Below, piece by piece: positions 27,824 through 37,540 of a DNA stretch of 61,797 bases (within the stretch, counting starts at the first letter, position 1; every line of letters begins with the position of its first letter). The DNA comes from Christensenella sp. UBA1750 (lineage in GTDB: Bacteria; Bacillota; Clostridia; Christensenellales; UBA1750). The stretch spans positions 1 through 61,797 of the forward strand of contig DCHO01000049.1 in NCBI GenBank assembly GCA_002315655.1. The letters are read 5' to 3'. The position numbers were made by a program, and so were the translations under genes. The notes beneath the pieces are model-generated. The model was given only the letters and a program-made list of their open reading frames with translations, was not told the origin of the DNA and made no database searches.

Positions 27824-29563
27824 TTAGCCCTCCTGCGTAAGTTTTCGCACCAGTGTTTCGTCCGGGGTGACATAAAGCGTTCTGTTGTTCGTGAAAATTA
27901 CGAAGCCGGGCTTGGAGCCGCCGGGCTTTTTTACGAATTTGCGGGGAACGTAGTCCACGGGCACATTTTCCGAGTTCTTGCCCTTGGAGAAATACGCCGC
28001 GAGTTTTGCCGCTTCCAGTATGGTTCTCTCGTCCGGGTGGGTGGATTTGATAATGACGTGGCTGCCCGGCATATCCTTGGCGTGGAGCCAGATTTCATCC
28101 CCTGATGCCGCGCCGGTGAGCCTGTCGTTCTGCACGTTGTTCTTTCCCACAAAAATTTCCGTGCCGGAGGTGGAGAGGAAGCGGTAAGGCCGGGACTCGG
28201 GAATCTTCGGGGCTTTTTTGCCCTTGGGCGTGGTGTCGCGCATCAGCCCTTGACGGATCAACTCCTGTCGGATCTCCGCCAGCTCGTCAAAGGTCGTGCA
28301 GATGTCCAAATTTTCCAACTGTCCTTCGATGTAGGCAATCTCGCTTTCGTTGGCGGTCATCTGGTCGATGACGAGATCGGAGGCGGCTTTGAGCTTGTTG
28401 TATTGCTTATAGTACCGCTGGGCGTTCTCGGCGGGAGAGAGCGCGGGATTCATGGCAATCTCCACGTTCTTCATCTCGGGGTCGTAATAGTCCGGCACAA
28501 CGGCCTTGGTAGCGCCACGGGGAATCATGTGGATGGAGGAGGTGATGAGGTCGCCCATCTTGCGCAGCTCGTCCATGTTCTCCGCGTCCAGCAGGGTCTG
28601 CTTCTGAATTGCCAGCTTCTTTTCGTCACGCTCCAAGGCGTTTTGCAGGGTCTTGCGGATGGTGTGCGCGTGCTGCGTCATGCGCTCCTTGAGGTCGCGC
28701 TGGGCGTAGAAGGCATCCATGGCCGCGGATAGGCTTTCGCAGGTCTTTTGGCGAGTATAGTCGCGGGAAAGATAGACAAAGGAGGTCACATCCAGCGGCA
28801 GTCCGCTTTCGTCCACAAGAAGTGTGGGCGTGTCCGTCAGATGGGTGAAGAAGGAATAACATTTCTCCGCAATGGCAGGCAGATTTTCTTCGCTTAATGC
28901 GGCGTTTTCGTTCTCGGAAACGCGGTAGGCGATCTCCTTTGCCGCCTGGGAGGACAGCCCGGACAGCGCACCCTGCAAGGCCTTGTCCATGCGCAGCCCC
29001 ACCTGAGAAGAAAGCGCTTCTGTGAAATCGGACAGGTTCGCGCCGACGGGGTTCAGCTTATCCTGTGCGGGGGGCGTTTCGTAATTCAGCCCAGGCAGCA
29101 CCTCGCGCACCCGGGAAATGTCCTCGGTGATATGCCGCGCACATTCCAGTATGCGCCCGGTTTCGTTGGTCAATATGATATTGGAGTGCCGCCCCATGAT
29201 TTCCACAATGAGACGGCGTTCTTTCAGGTCGCCTAATTCGTCCAGCCCTTCAAAGTGCAGAATCAGCACGCGGTCGCTGCCCAACTGCTCCGCCGACAAA
29301 AAACGACTGCCTAATAAGAACTTGCGCAGGATCATGCAGAAGTTCGGCGGCTGGTCGGGGGACTTTTTGTTCTGCGTGGTCAGATGCACCCGGGCGTGGT
29401 TGGGAGAGGAGGAAATCAGCAGCTTCTGGTTTTTCCCCAGAGCGCGGAGGAGCAGAATTACCTCATCCCGCTCGGTCTGCTGCACCCTGTCCACACGCCC
29501 GCCCACAAGGAGGCTGTTCAGCTCCCTTGTCATGGCGCCCAGCGTAAGTCCGTCCATCGGCAT
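27824..29563 (-). CDS. rqcH: Ribosome quality control NFACT protein RqcH/FbpA
   Basis: MDGLTL, EIMGRHSNIIL, NAQRYYKQYNK, VGKNNVQND, WLHAKDMPGSHV. Confidence 0.92.
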   Translation of the reverse strand: MPMDGLTLGAMTRELNSLLVGGRVDRVQQTERDEVILLLRALGKNQKLLISSSPNHARVHLTTQNKKSPDQPPNFCMILRKFLLGSRFLSAEQLGSDRVLILHFEGLDELGDLKERRLIVEIMGRHSNIILTNETGRILECARHITEDISRVREVLPGLNYETPPAQDKLNPVGANLSDFTEALSSQVGLRMDKALQGALSGLSSQAAKEIAYRVSENENAALSEENLPAIAEKCYSFFTHLTDTPTLLVDESGLPLDVTSFVYLSRDYTRQKTCESLSAAMDAFYAQRDLKERMTQHAHTIRKTLQNALERDEKKLAIQKQTLLDAENMDELRKMGDLITSSIHMIPRGATKAVVPDYYDPEMKNVEIAMNPALSPAENAQRYYKQYNKLKAASDLVIDQMTANESEIAYIEGQLENLDICTTFDELAEIRQELIRQGLMRDTTPKGKKAPKIPESRPYRFLSTSGTEIFVGKNNVQNDRLTGAASGDEIWLHAKDMPGSHVIIKSTHPDERTILEAAKLAAYFSKGKNSENVPVDYVPRKFVKKPGGSKPGFVIFTNNRTLYVTPDETLVRKLTQEG

Positions 29564-29578
29564 AGTATCAATTTCTCC

Positions 29579-30922
29579 TTAAACTTTGTTTTTGAGCCAT
29601 TTGTCGCCGCAATAGTGGCGCACAACGCCGAATGCGGCGCGGAAGGCAAGATTGATGGAGTTTGCCATGAAGATGCCCATAACGCCCCAGTGGAGCTTGA
29701 AGCAGAAAATGTAGGTCAGCGGCAGACGCACCAGCCAGACGAAGGACAGCGTGGTGAACATGACGAATTTCACATCCCCTGCGGCGCGCAGCTGCGGGTC
29801 GTTGGAGTTGATGATGCAGCCGAAAAAGTTATAGAGCAGCAGCACCCAGACCAGAGAGGAAGCGGAAGCAATGGTGCCGGAATCGTCGGAATAGATGGAG
29901 CAGAGCGGCTTTGCAAAGATGATGCACACCACAGCCAGCAGTACCGATGCGGAAACGCTGATGATGGTGATTTTGAGGCCTTCTTTTTTCGATTCTCTGA
30001 TCTTTCCCGCGCCGATGAGCCGTCCCACAATGGAGAGCCCCACAGGGGAGACGATGCTCTGCGGCAGTCCCACAAAGGAAGATAAGGTGTTGAGAATCTG
30101 ATAAACCGATGCCTCCTGCGTGCCCAAGGCGATGGACATGGAATTGGCCAGAAGATACCCAAGCTGACAGAAAACGCTTTCCAGCCCGCAGGGAACGCCC
30201 ACATGGAGCAGACGCTTGATGGTGGAAAAATGGGGCTTTACCATGTTGCCAAGTTTGAGCACAAAGAAGCGGTGATCCTTCATTACGATGATGAACATCA
30301 TTATAAAGCCCACAAAGCGGCAGCAAACATAGGCAAGCCCTGCGCCGATTTCTTCCAACCCCAGCACTTTGATAAACAGGAAGCCGAAGCCCACCTGAAA
30401 GACATTCATCACAATGGTAACGATCATAGGGGATTTGGAATTGCCCATGGAGCGGACGGCGGAGGAGAGAATGCTGTGCAAGATCAATGTGGGCAGGGAG
30501 AGCATGAGCATACGGAAATAGCGAACCGCCTCGGAAAGCAGCTTGTCTTCCGCATTGGGCATGGTGAGGGAGAGAATCGGAGTAGCAAGGGTAAAGGACA
30601 GCAGCATCATCAGAACGGTGGTGACAACGCCGAACAGCATGGCCTGTTCCAGCGTCTCTGCTGCGTCCTTGTTCTCCTTTGCGCCGATCTGTCGGGAGAC
30701 CAGCACGGAGGTGCCGGTGGTCAGCATCCCGAAGATGGCATTGATAAAGGTCTGCACGATGTTGGCAGAGCCTATGGCTGCTAATGCGGAGGAAGAAATG
30801 GTGGAAATGATGCGGGAGAAAACCAGACCGATGAATATGGTCAGTGTGTTTTCCAGTATCACGGGGATGGTGAACCGCAGGTTTTGACTGCGGATTTGTC
30901 GGGCTTCGTCAGAACTTGGCAT
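29579..30922 (-). CDS. MATE family efflux transporter
   Basis: About 12 TM helices, ISSSALAAIG, RSMGNSKSPM, LRAAGDVKF. Confidence 0.85.
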   Translation of the reverse strand: MPSSDEARQIRSQNLRFTIPVILENTLTIFIGLVFSRIISTISSSALAAIGSANIVQTFINAIFGMLTTGTSVLVSRQIGAKENKDAAETLEQAMLFGVVTTVLMMLLSFTLATPILSLTMPNAEDKLLSEAVRYFRMLMLSLPTLILHSILSSAVRSMGNSKSPMIVTIVMNVFQVGFGFLFIKVLGLEEIGAGLAYVCCRFVGFIMMFIIVMKDHRFFVLKLGNMVKPHFSTIKRLLHVGVPCGLESVFCQLGYLLANSMSIALGTQEASVYQILNTLSSFVGLPQSIVSPVGLSIVGRLIGAGKIRESKKEGLKITIISVSASVLLAVVCIIFAKPLCSIYSDDSGTIASASSLVWVLLLYNFFGCIINSNDPQLRAAGDVKFVMFTTLSFVWLVRLPLTYIFCFKLHWGVMGIFMANSINLAFRAAFGVVRHYCGDKWLKNKV

Positions 30923-31024
30923 AGAGAGGATCCCTTCTCCGGGCACTTTTCGCGCCCAGCTCATTTATTATAGCATAATGAGACGTGTCTGAACGTGAAA
31001 TGTGTGCTAATTGTGGCAAAATAT

Positions 31025-31068
31025 GAACCCATATCAACATTTTGATGGTCGATATGGGTTCGGCTTTT
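31025..31068. terminator. Hairpin downstream of the ECF S-component operon
   Basis: GAACCCATATC...GATATGGGTTC. Confidence 0.6.
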
Positions 31069-31588
31069 ATACAATCAGATTTTCGATCACAACGCGATAG
31101 GCGGGGGCATAGGCCTCATGAAAAGCCGCACTGTGGGAGACCATCGGATAATCCTGCTTTGCATATTCTTTGAGATAAGTAAGCAGGTCTTCTTTGGAGA
31201 AGCAAAAAGGGATTTCCTCAAAGTGGCCTGTCAGAATCTCCAGCTTTTCGACAAAGTTTTCTATGCTGCCTGTGTGCGCCTTGGAGGATTCCACAAAGAT
31301 TGAGTTGAGCGTTTCCAAGGGGAGGATGTTTTCATCCAACGCCTGAAAGTGCACCCGCGCCATGCCGTTTCCGATGGGTTCGATGAAGATGTGGTTGTTC
31401 TCATGGGGCGTTTCGGCGTATTCCTTTCGGATGTAGACCAGGCTCCAAGCTGGGTCTTTCACCAGATGCCCGCCGCCGAACTCGTTCTGATAGAGCAGCT
31501 TCACTGCGTCGGTTGGCTGCATCTGCGGGTAGCGGCGTGCGTGGGTGATGAGGATTTCCAACATTTCAAAAAGCGTTTTGTCGTCCAT
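31067..31588 (-). CDS. Conserved hypothetical protein
   Basis: RYPQMQPTDAVKLLYQNEFGGGHL; 1 bp downstream of the ECF S gene, so co-transcribed. Confidence 0.7.
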   Translation of the reverse strand: MDDKTLFEMLEILITHARRYPQMQPTDAVKLLYQNEFGGGHLVKDPAWSLVYIRKEYAETPHENNHIFIEPIGNGMARVHFQALDENILPLETLNSIFVESSKAHTGSIENFVEKLEILTGHFEEIPFCFSKEDLLTYLKEYAKQDYPMVSHSAAFHEAYAPAYRVVIENLIV

Positions 31589-31589
31589 G

Positions 31590-32132
31590 TTATTCCATCA
31601 GTCTCGCTTTCTTCAAGGCCATGACCAGCAGGGGGATGAGTACGATCTGCACGATGATGCCGGGAATGGCCTCCATGACGGCACCGGCAAGAAAGGCGGA
31701 GAAGGGGAAGGAGCCGGCGGTGAGCCCGGCGATGATGAAGCGTACAAAGCCCCAGATGACGCGCCCTGCAATCATGGCGACAAGGAGAGAAATATAGATG
31801 TTGATATTCTTTTTGGGCAGAGCCTTATACATCAGCCCGGAAATGAGACCGTAGGCCGCCAGCTCAAAGGCCATGGCAAGCCCCACGGGCATGAGCGGCG
31901 GCATCCCAAAGAGCACAAAGCGCAGCAGCGGCGCGATGAAGCCCACGGCCAATCCCCATAAGGGGTCGCAGAGGAAACCGCAGAGCAGCACGGGAATGTG
32001 CATGGGGCAGAGCATGGCGCCGATCTGGGGAATCTGCCCGGTGACAAAGGGCAGAACAAGGGCAAGCGCCAGACAGATGGCGGCGAAAACGAGTTTGCGG
32101 ATGGCAATGCGGGATTTTGTCATTTCAGTCAT
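31590..32132 (-). CDS. ECF transporter S component
   Basis: LALVLPF, PMHIPVLLCG, APLL..LFGMPP, about 6 TM helices. Confidence 0.85.
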   Translation of the reverse strand: MTEMTKSRIAIRKLVFAAICLALALVLPFVTGQIPQIGAMLCPMHIPVLLCGFLCDPLWGLAVGFIAPLLRFVLFGMPPLMPVGLAMAFELAAYGLISGLMYKALPKKNINIYISLLVAMIAGRVIWGFVRFIIAGLTAGSFPFSAFLAGAVMEAIPGIIVQIVLIPLLVMALKKARLME

Positions 32133-32151
32133 GAGAATCTCCTTTTCAATT

Positions 32152-32280
32152 AAAAAAAGAATCGCTTTTCCGATACACGGAAAAACGACACCTTCGTGGT
32201 ATCTATTTCGTTTGGGATTCAGGCTGTTCCTTTGCTCCCTTGCTTCTGCACGGGAAACACCGGCTTCTGCCGATGTTTGC
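32152..32280 (-). ncRNA. Candidate cis-regulatory leader RNA (riboswitch/attenuator) of unknown class
   Basis: Two AGAA-loop hairpins, then mutually exclusive antiterminator and 11-bp terminator with U-tract ahead of the RBS. Confidence 0.6.
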
Positions 32281-32286
32281 AGATAA

Positions 32287-32315
32287 ATATTATCATAAAC
32301 ATAAAGGATTGTCCA
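32287..32315 (-). promoter_or_regulatory. Sigma-A type promoter for the ECF S gene
   Basis: TGGACA-17nt-TAATAT with extended TG on the minus strand. Confidence 0.65.
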
Positions 32316-32513
32316 GCGCTTTTTTGTAAAGCATACAGAAGATTCGGTGTTTATTGAAAAATGAGGATTTCCGAAGTTATGGTATTGCCATTGCGGTGGA
32401 AATGTGGTAACATTTACTTGTAATTAGGTGTTTTATGGATTTTCTGTGAACAGAAAAAGATAATCTGATTCTTTTTCGCCATACACTCCGACTGAGCAAA
32501 GGATGGGATACTG

Positions 32514-33608
32514 ATGATCGAGCTGCAGCATCTGAAAAAACAATATGATTCGGCAACGCCGCTGGAGGATGTGTCCGTCACAATCAATCAGGGCGATGTC
32601 ATTGCGGTGATCGGGCCGTCCGGCACGGGAAAATCCACCCTTCTGCGGTGTCTGAATCTGCTGGAAACGCCAACCTCGGGACACATCCTTGTGGACGGCG
32701 AGGACATCACATCGCCCAGGTGCGATCTGAACCGCGTTCGCAGAAAGCTGGGCATGGTGTTCCAGTCCTTCAATCTCTATGAGCATCTGACCGTGGTGGA
32801 AAACTGTATGCTCGCCCAGACCAAGCTGCTCCATCGTTCGCACCGCAAGGCCTATGAAAAGGCCATGGAGCTGCTGCGCTCGGTTGGCATGGAGAATCAG
32901 GCCATGCGTTATCCCTCCCAGCTCTCCGGTGGGCAGAAGCAGCGCGTTGCGATTGCCAGAACGCTGGCCACAGACCCTGATATTATCCTGTTTGATGAGC
33001 CGACCTCCGCCCTTGACCCGCTGACCGTTGACGAGGTGGAGACGGTCATAGCAAAGCTCTCCCGGCAGGGGCGCACCATGATGATCGTCACGCACAGCAT
33101 GGACTTTGCCCGTCGGGTGTCCAACCGTGTGTTCTACATGGATCAGGGCGGCATTTATGAGGACGGCACGCCGGAGCAGATTTTCGAGCATCCGCAAAAG
33201 GAGCTTACCCGCCGCTTCATCAACAGACTCTCTACGCTGGATATGTTGATCACGGAGGAAAATCACGATCTGGAAGAGGAAATCAACAGAATTCATACCT
33301 TCTGCACCGTAAAGGGGCTGTCTCCCCACCGTATCGTGAATGCGTGCAGTGTGTATGAGGAAACCTTGAGTATCTTCTATAATTATTTTACGAAGGGAAG
33401 CAAAACACTGCATTATGTCTTTGTTTACAATGCAGCGGAGGACTTGCTGACCTGCACGCTCACGCCTTACACCTCTACCAAATGGGAGGAAGTCGCAACC
33501 AAAGTGCTCACTTCTCTGGAAACGAAGCTGATTACCCACTCGATCAAGCGATACTGGGAGGACAAAACCGAAGAGGGCAACGGTTTCTCCAGCGTTTATG
33601 AGATATAA
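32514..33608 (+). CDS. Polar amino acid ABC transporter ATPase (GlnQ-like) with extra C-terminal domain
   Basis: GPSGTGKST, LSGGQKQRVAIAR, FDEPTSALDP, VTHSM; about 120 extra residues after TRRF. Confidence 0.88.
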   Translation: MIELQHLKKQYDSATPLEDVSVTINQGDVIAVIGPSGTGKSTLLRCLNLLETPTSGHILVDGEDITSPRCDLNRVRRKLGMVFQSFNLYEHLTVVENCMLAQTKLLHRSHRKAYEKAMELLRSVGMENQAMRYPSQLSGGQKQRVAIARTLATDPDIILFDEPTSALDPLTVDEVETVIAKLSRQGRTMMIVTHSMDFARRVSNRVFYMDQGGIYEDGTPEQIFEHPQKELTRRFINRLSTLDMLITEENHDLEEEINRIHTFCTVKGLSPHRIVNACSVYEETLSIFYNYFTKGSKTLHYVFVYNAAEDLLTCTLTPYTSTKWEEVATKVLTSLETKLITHSIKRYWEDKTEEGNGFSSVYEI

Positions 33609-33620
33609 GGAGGTGGGAAT

Positions 33621-35162
33621 ATGAAACGACTTTTACCGGTACTCATTGTCCTTTGCTTTCTCGGCGCGGTTTTTGTCTGTCTGCCGAAAAGCAGTGTCAC
33701 TGAGCGTTCTATCAGCACTTTGGAGGATGTGAACAGCTGCACCGTCGGCATTCAGGGCGGCACAGGCTATGAAAGCTATCTTGCCGAGGTCTGTCCTAAT
33801 GCCCAGGCTGTGTTTTTTAATGAGTTTGCCTCTATTTATCCCGCCTTGCAGCAGGGCAAAATTGACGTGATGCTCACGGAGAGCATTGCCTTTGCTGTGG
33901 AAAAGACGGAAATCAAGTCGCTGGTTGCGGTGAAGGAACCGATCACCGTACTGGATTACAGCATCGGCATTGCAAAAAACGCACAGGGCAGCACTGTCTA
34001 TCAGCAGCTTAATGAATTTATCGCAAAGTGTCGCGCAGACGGCACACTGGACGAATTGAAGGATTACTGGCTCGATTCCTACGACCGGGATAACGTTACC
34101 GTGGATAAGTCCGGCATCACGGGAGAGAACGGCGTTCTGCCCATGGCGATGGAGGCCTCCTTTGAACCCATGTGCTTTGCGGGCAAGGGCGGCGAGCTCA
34201 TCGGCTGCAACATCGACTTTATTTACCGCTTCTGTCGGGAATACGGCTATGAGCCGGAAATCAGTATGCTGGACTATGACGCCATGACCGCGGCACTTTC
34301 CGCCGGGAAGATCACCATGGCCGTGGGCGTGATCCCCGACGAGGAGCGCTCGGAAGCGGTTCTCTTTACGGATCCGTTCCTTGACTTTGAGGTGATTGCG
34401 GCTTACGACAGCGGCGAGACAAGCGCAGAGAGCTTTTTCGTCAAGCTCGGCGGCAGCATCCACAAAACCTTCATCCGCGATTCCCGCTGGCAGATGTTTG
34501 TGCAGGGCGCTGTAACCACACTGTTGATTGCTGTGCTGGCGGTGATTTTCGGGACGGTGTTGGGTCTGCTTCTTTATCTATGGTGTATGCACGGCAAAAA
34601 GGCGGAGCAGGCCGTGACCAATGTGCTGTGCTGGCTCATGAGCAGCACGCCTACCGTCGTTCTGCTGATGATTCTTTATTACATCATTTTCGGCGCTTAT
34701 GCCGTCAGCAACATCGCCGTGGCAGTGGTCGGCTTCTCGATTCTGTTCGGCTGCAGCTTCTATGAGCGCATCGTTTCCGGCATCAAGGCTGTGGGAATCG
34801 GGCAGGAGGAGGCCGCCAGAGCGCAGGGCTTCAACATGAACCAGACCTTCTTCCTCATTCAGCTACCTCAGGCGGCAGAGCATTTCATGCCCAGCTTCCA
34901 GGGAGATGTGGTCACGCTCATTCAGGACACCTCCGTTGTGGGCTATATCGCCATATTGGACCTGACCAAGATGAGCGACCTTGTGCGCGGCAGAACCTAT
35001 GAGGCCTTCTTCCCGCTGATGGTCACAGCCGGGATTTATTTCCTGCTGATCTGGGTGATGACCCTCCTGCTCAAGCGCGTCAGCTTTGCCGTCAACATGA
35101 AGAATCGCAAACCGGAAAAGATTCTAAAACGCCTCACAAAAGGCGAGATAAAGGACGAGTAG
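33621..35162 (+). CDS. Polar amino acid ABC transporter, fused tandem substrate-binding domains plus permease
   Basis: Two SBP_bac_3-like repeats, then GQEEAARAQG EAA loop, IQDTSVVGYI, DLTK. Confidence 0.85.
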   Translation: MKRLLPVLIVLCFLGAVFVCLPKSSVTERSISTLEDVNSCTVGIQGGTGYESYLAEVCPNAQAVFFNEFASIYPALQQGKIDVMLTESIAFAVEKTEIKSLVAVKEPITVLDYSIGIAKNAQGSTVYQQLNEFIAKCRADGTLDELKDYWLDSYDRDNVTVDKSGITGENGVLPMAMEASFEPMCFAGKGGELIGCNIDFIYRFCREYGYEPEISMLDYDAMTAALSAGKITMAVGVIPDEERSEAVLFTDPFLDFEVIAAYDSGETSAESFFVKLGGSIHKTFIRDSRWQMFVQGAVTTLLIAVLAVIFGTVLGLLLYLWCMHGKKAEQAVTNVLCWLMSSTPTVVLLMILYYIIFGAYAVSNIAVAVVGFSILFGCSFYERIVSGIKAVGIGQEEAARAQGFNMNQTFFLIQLPQAAEHFMPSFQGDVVTLIQDTSVVGYIAILDLTKMSDLVRGRTYEAFFPLMVTAGIYFLLIWVMTLLLKRVSFAVNMKNRKPEKILKRLTKGEIKDE

Positions 35163-35345
35163 GTATAACAGACTGTGTTCCATGATATATGTGCGCCCCG
35201 AAGGACAGAATCGCATTGTTCTTCGGGGTATATTTATGAATAAACAACTCTGTGACGGTTGTTTGTCAAAAAAACATTTGAGCAAGTAAACCCATTATGC
35301 TATAATCATGGTGATAAAATACAAGCAAAGATTTGGGGAGGAACA

Positions 35346-36770
35346 ATGGACAGAATCATCGAAACGAAAAACGGAAAGGTCAAAGGATTCCTGAAAGAGA
35401 ACTGGCAGTGCTTCCTGGGGATTCCCTTCGGGGAAGCGCCTGTGGGGGAATTGCGCTTTCAGCCGCCGCAGCCCGCGAAGAAATGGGAAGGCGTGCTGGA
35501 CGCCACGCAGGACGGTGTTCGCCCCTGCCAGAAGATCGCGCCCTGGGTGCATGACGGGGAAAGCCACACCTACGGCGAGGATTGCCTGAACCTCAATGTG
35601 TGGATGCCCGATGCGCCCCATGAGAAGCTGCCGGTGCTGGTGTTCATCTTCGGCGGCGGGCACATGGAGGGCTCCAACTGCGAGGAGAACATGGAAGCGA
35701 AGAATTTCATGGGTGACCGCCCCTGCATCATGGTTGCGCCCAATTACCGTGTCGGTGCGTTGGGTTATCTGTATCTGGAACATCTGCTCGGGGAAAAGTA
35801 CGCATCCTCCGGGAGCCTCGGCACCCTGGATCAGATCCTTGCTCTCCTTTGGGTGCAGGAGAACATCGAAGCCTTCGGCGGCGACCCGGACAATGTGACC
35901 ATCATGGGACAGTCTGCCGGTGGAAAATCCGTCTCCTGCCTGCTGGCCACGCCTCTGGCGAAAGGCCTTTTCAAACGCGCCATCACCATGAGCGGCGGTT
36001 TGCAGTGCATTAAGGACATTGAAACCGAAAAGAAGCTTACCGCGAACTTCATGCAGGCGGCGGGCATCACCGACGCGGAAGAATTGCTGACTCTTTCTCC
36101 CGAAGCCATCATTGCGGCGCAGGAAAAGGCAAACGAGACCTATTTCAAGGCAGAATCCTACGGCCCCACCGCGGACGGCGCAGTCTTTGATAAAGACTTG
36201 GAAAAGCAACTGGACGCGCTTGACCTGCACGGTATCGACATTTTGATGGGCGGCACGGCAAACGAATTGTATCTGAACCCCGGCGAGGATGCAAAGCCCT
36301 TTACCGATGAGGAAATGACGAAAAGAATGCACTGGAAGTTCGGCAACAATGCCCAGCGCGTGCTGGATGTATATTTTGACCGCAAGCGTGCCTTCGGTTT
36401 TGAACAGGCTTACAACGAGACGGTCACGGAATACACCTACATTCAGCAGCTCTATCGAACCGCTTCCATCTTCGCCAAGGCGGGCGCAAATATCCACCTC
36501 TATCGCTGGGACTACCACGATGAAGGCGAACTGGCCAAGCACACCTCCGATCTGGAAACGGCCTTCCGTGTACGGCAGCCGAAGGATACGGCGGTGGGCG
36601 AGCATCTGCGGGAAACCTTACTCACCTTCATCGAAACCGGGAAGGTGAATTGGGAGCCTTCCACGGAGGACACCTTTAACCGCATGGCACTGAACAGCGA
36701 AAACACAATGCTGACCTTCACAAAGGCGGACATTGATGAGCAGTTCCCCTTACAGGTCTTCACTCTGTAA
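35346..36770 (+). CDS. Carboxylesterase type B (alpha/beta hydrolase)
   Basis: FLGIPF, GEDCLNLNVW, FGGDPDNVTIMGQSAGG catalytic Ser motif. Confidence 0.9.
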   Translation: MDRIIETKNGKVKGFLKENWQCFLGIPFGEAPVGELRFQPPQPAKKWEGVLDATQDGVRPCQKIAPWVHDGESHTYGEDCLNLNVWMPDAPHEKLPVLVFIFGGGHMEGSNCEENMEAKNFMGDRPCIMVAPNYRVGALGYLYLEHLLGEKYASSGSLGTLDQILALLWVQENIEAFGGDPDNVTIMGQSAGGKSVSCLLATPLAKGLFKRAITMSGGLQCIKDIETEKKLTANFMQAAGITDAEELLTLSPEAIIAAQEKANETYFKAESYGPTADGAVFDKDLEKQLDALDLHGIDILMGGTANELYLNPGEDAKPFTDEEMTKRMHWKFGNNAQRVLDVYFDRKRAFGFEQAYNETVTEYTYIQQLYRTASIFAKAGANIHLYRWDYHDEGELAKHTSDLETAFRVRQPKDTAVGEHLRETLLTFIETGKVNWEPSTEDTFNRMALNSENTMLTFTKADIDEQFPLQVFTL

Positions 36771-36793
36771 ATATAAAGAATTTGGAGGATAAA

Positions 36794-37453
36794 ATGATGA
36801 AAGTTTTGCTTGTCTGTGATGATTTGTGGCATCCCGCTGAGGTGATCGAGCGCGGAATCAGCACCATGGATGCGGAGGAAATGGAATTTGACGTGGTGAA
36901 AACGGCAAAGGACATCCTTTCGCCCGAATTTGTCAAGCGGTACGATGTGCTGGTGAACTGCCACGGCGGTTCCATCAACGCTTCCAACAGCAACCCCTGG
37001 TTTGAGCCCACCGTAACCGAGTTCGGCCCCGAGGAGTTCCGGGACTATGTGGCGCAGGGCGGCGCACTTGTGGTGGTGCATTCCGGCCTCACCATCGGCG
37101 GCAGAAACCATCCCGAACCTGCCTATACCGAGGTGGTGGGCAGCTATTTCTTAGGCCACCCGCTGCGGTGCATGACGCACGTTAGCATCACCAAGGAAAA
37201 CGAGATCACTAAGGGCGTGGAAAACTTCTCCGAGCGGGACGAGCATTACCAGATCGCCGTCACGGCCAAGGACGCGGAGCCCTTCATGGAGACCACCTCC
37301 GCGCAGGGCGGTACCTTTATCAGCGGCTACACAAGAACTTACGGCAATGGCCGCGTGGCAGTCCTCACCCCCGGGCACACCCTTGCGGTGTGGGAAAATC
37401 CCAACTTCCGGAAGCTCTTCAAAAACGCAATTCGCTGGGCTGCCGGAAAGTAA
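36794..37453 (+). CDS. ThuA-like (trehalose utilization/GATase1-like) domain protein
   Basis: DDLWHP, GGALVVVHSG, FLGHP, DEHY, GNGRVAVLTPGH, AIRWAAG. Confidence 0.8.
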   Translation: MMKVLLVCDDLWHPAEVIERGISTMDAEEMEFDVVKTAKDILSPEFVKRYDVLVNCHGGSINASNSNPWFEPTVTEFGPEEFRDYVAQGGALVVVHSGLTIGGRNHPEPAYTEVVGSYFLGHPLRCMTHVSITKENEITKGVENFSERDEHYQIAVTAKDAEPFMETTSAQGGTFISGYTRTYGNGRVAVLTPGHTLAVWENPNFRKLFKNAIRWAAGK

Positions 37454-37493
37454 AGCATTTTTCTTCGCATTTATGAAAATATCATAGCAAAAG

Positions 37494-37529
37494 AAACCGA
37501 CCTTCGGACGATTACGAGGGTCGGTTTTT
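37494..37529. terminator. Bidirectional terminator between thuA-like gene and his operon
   Basis: AAACCGACCTTCG...CGAGGGTCGGTTT with A/T tracts on both sides. Confidence 0.75.
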
Positions 37530-37540
37530 GACAGATTCGG

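Noticed and set aside
32183-32240. ECF leader as a T-box or TPP riboswitch
   Set aside because: The antiterminator bulge is GAAAUA rather than UGGNACC and there is no Stem I; the TPP CUGAGA element is absent despite partial CCUGA..UACC..CGAAGG similarity
36794-37453. ThuA-like (GATase1 fold) gene as a substitute HisH
   Set aside because: Opposite strand, separated by a terminator, and lacks the GxCxG nucleophile elbow and HPE triad of HisH
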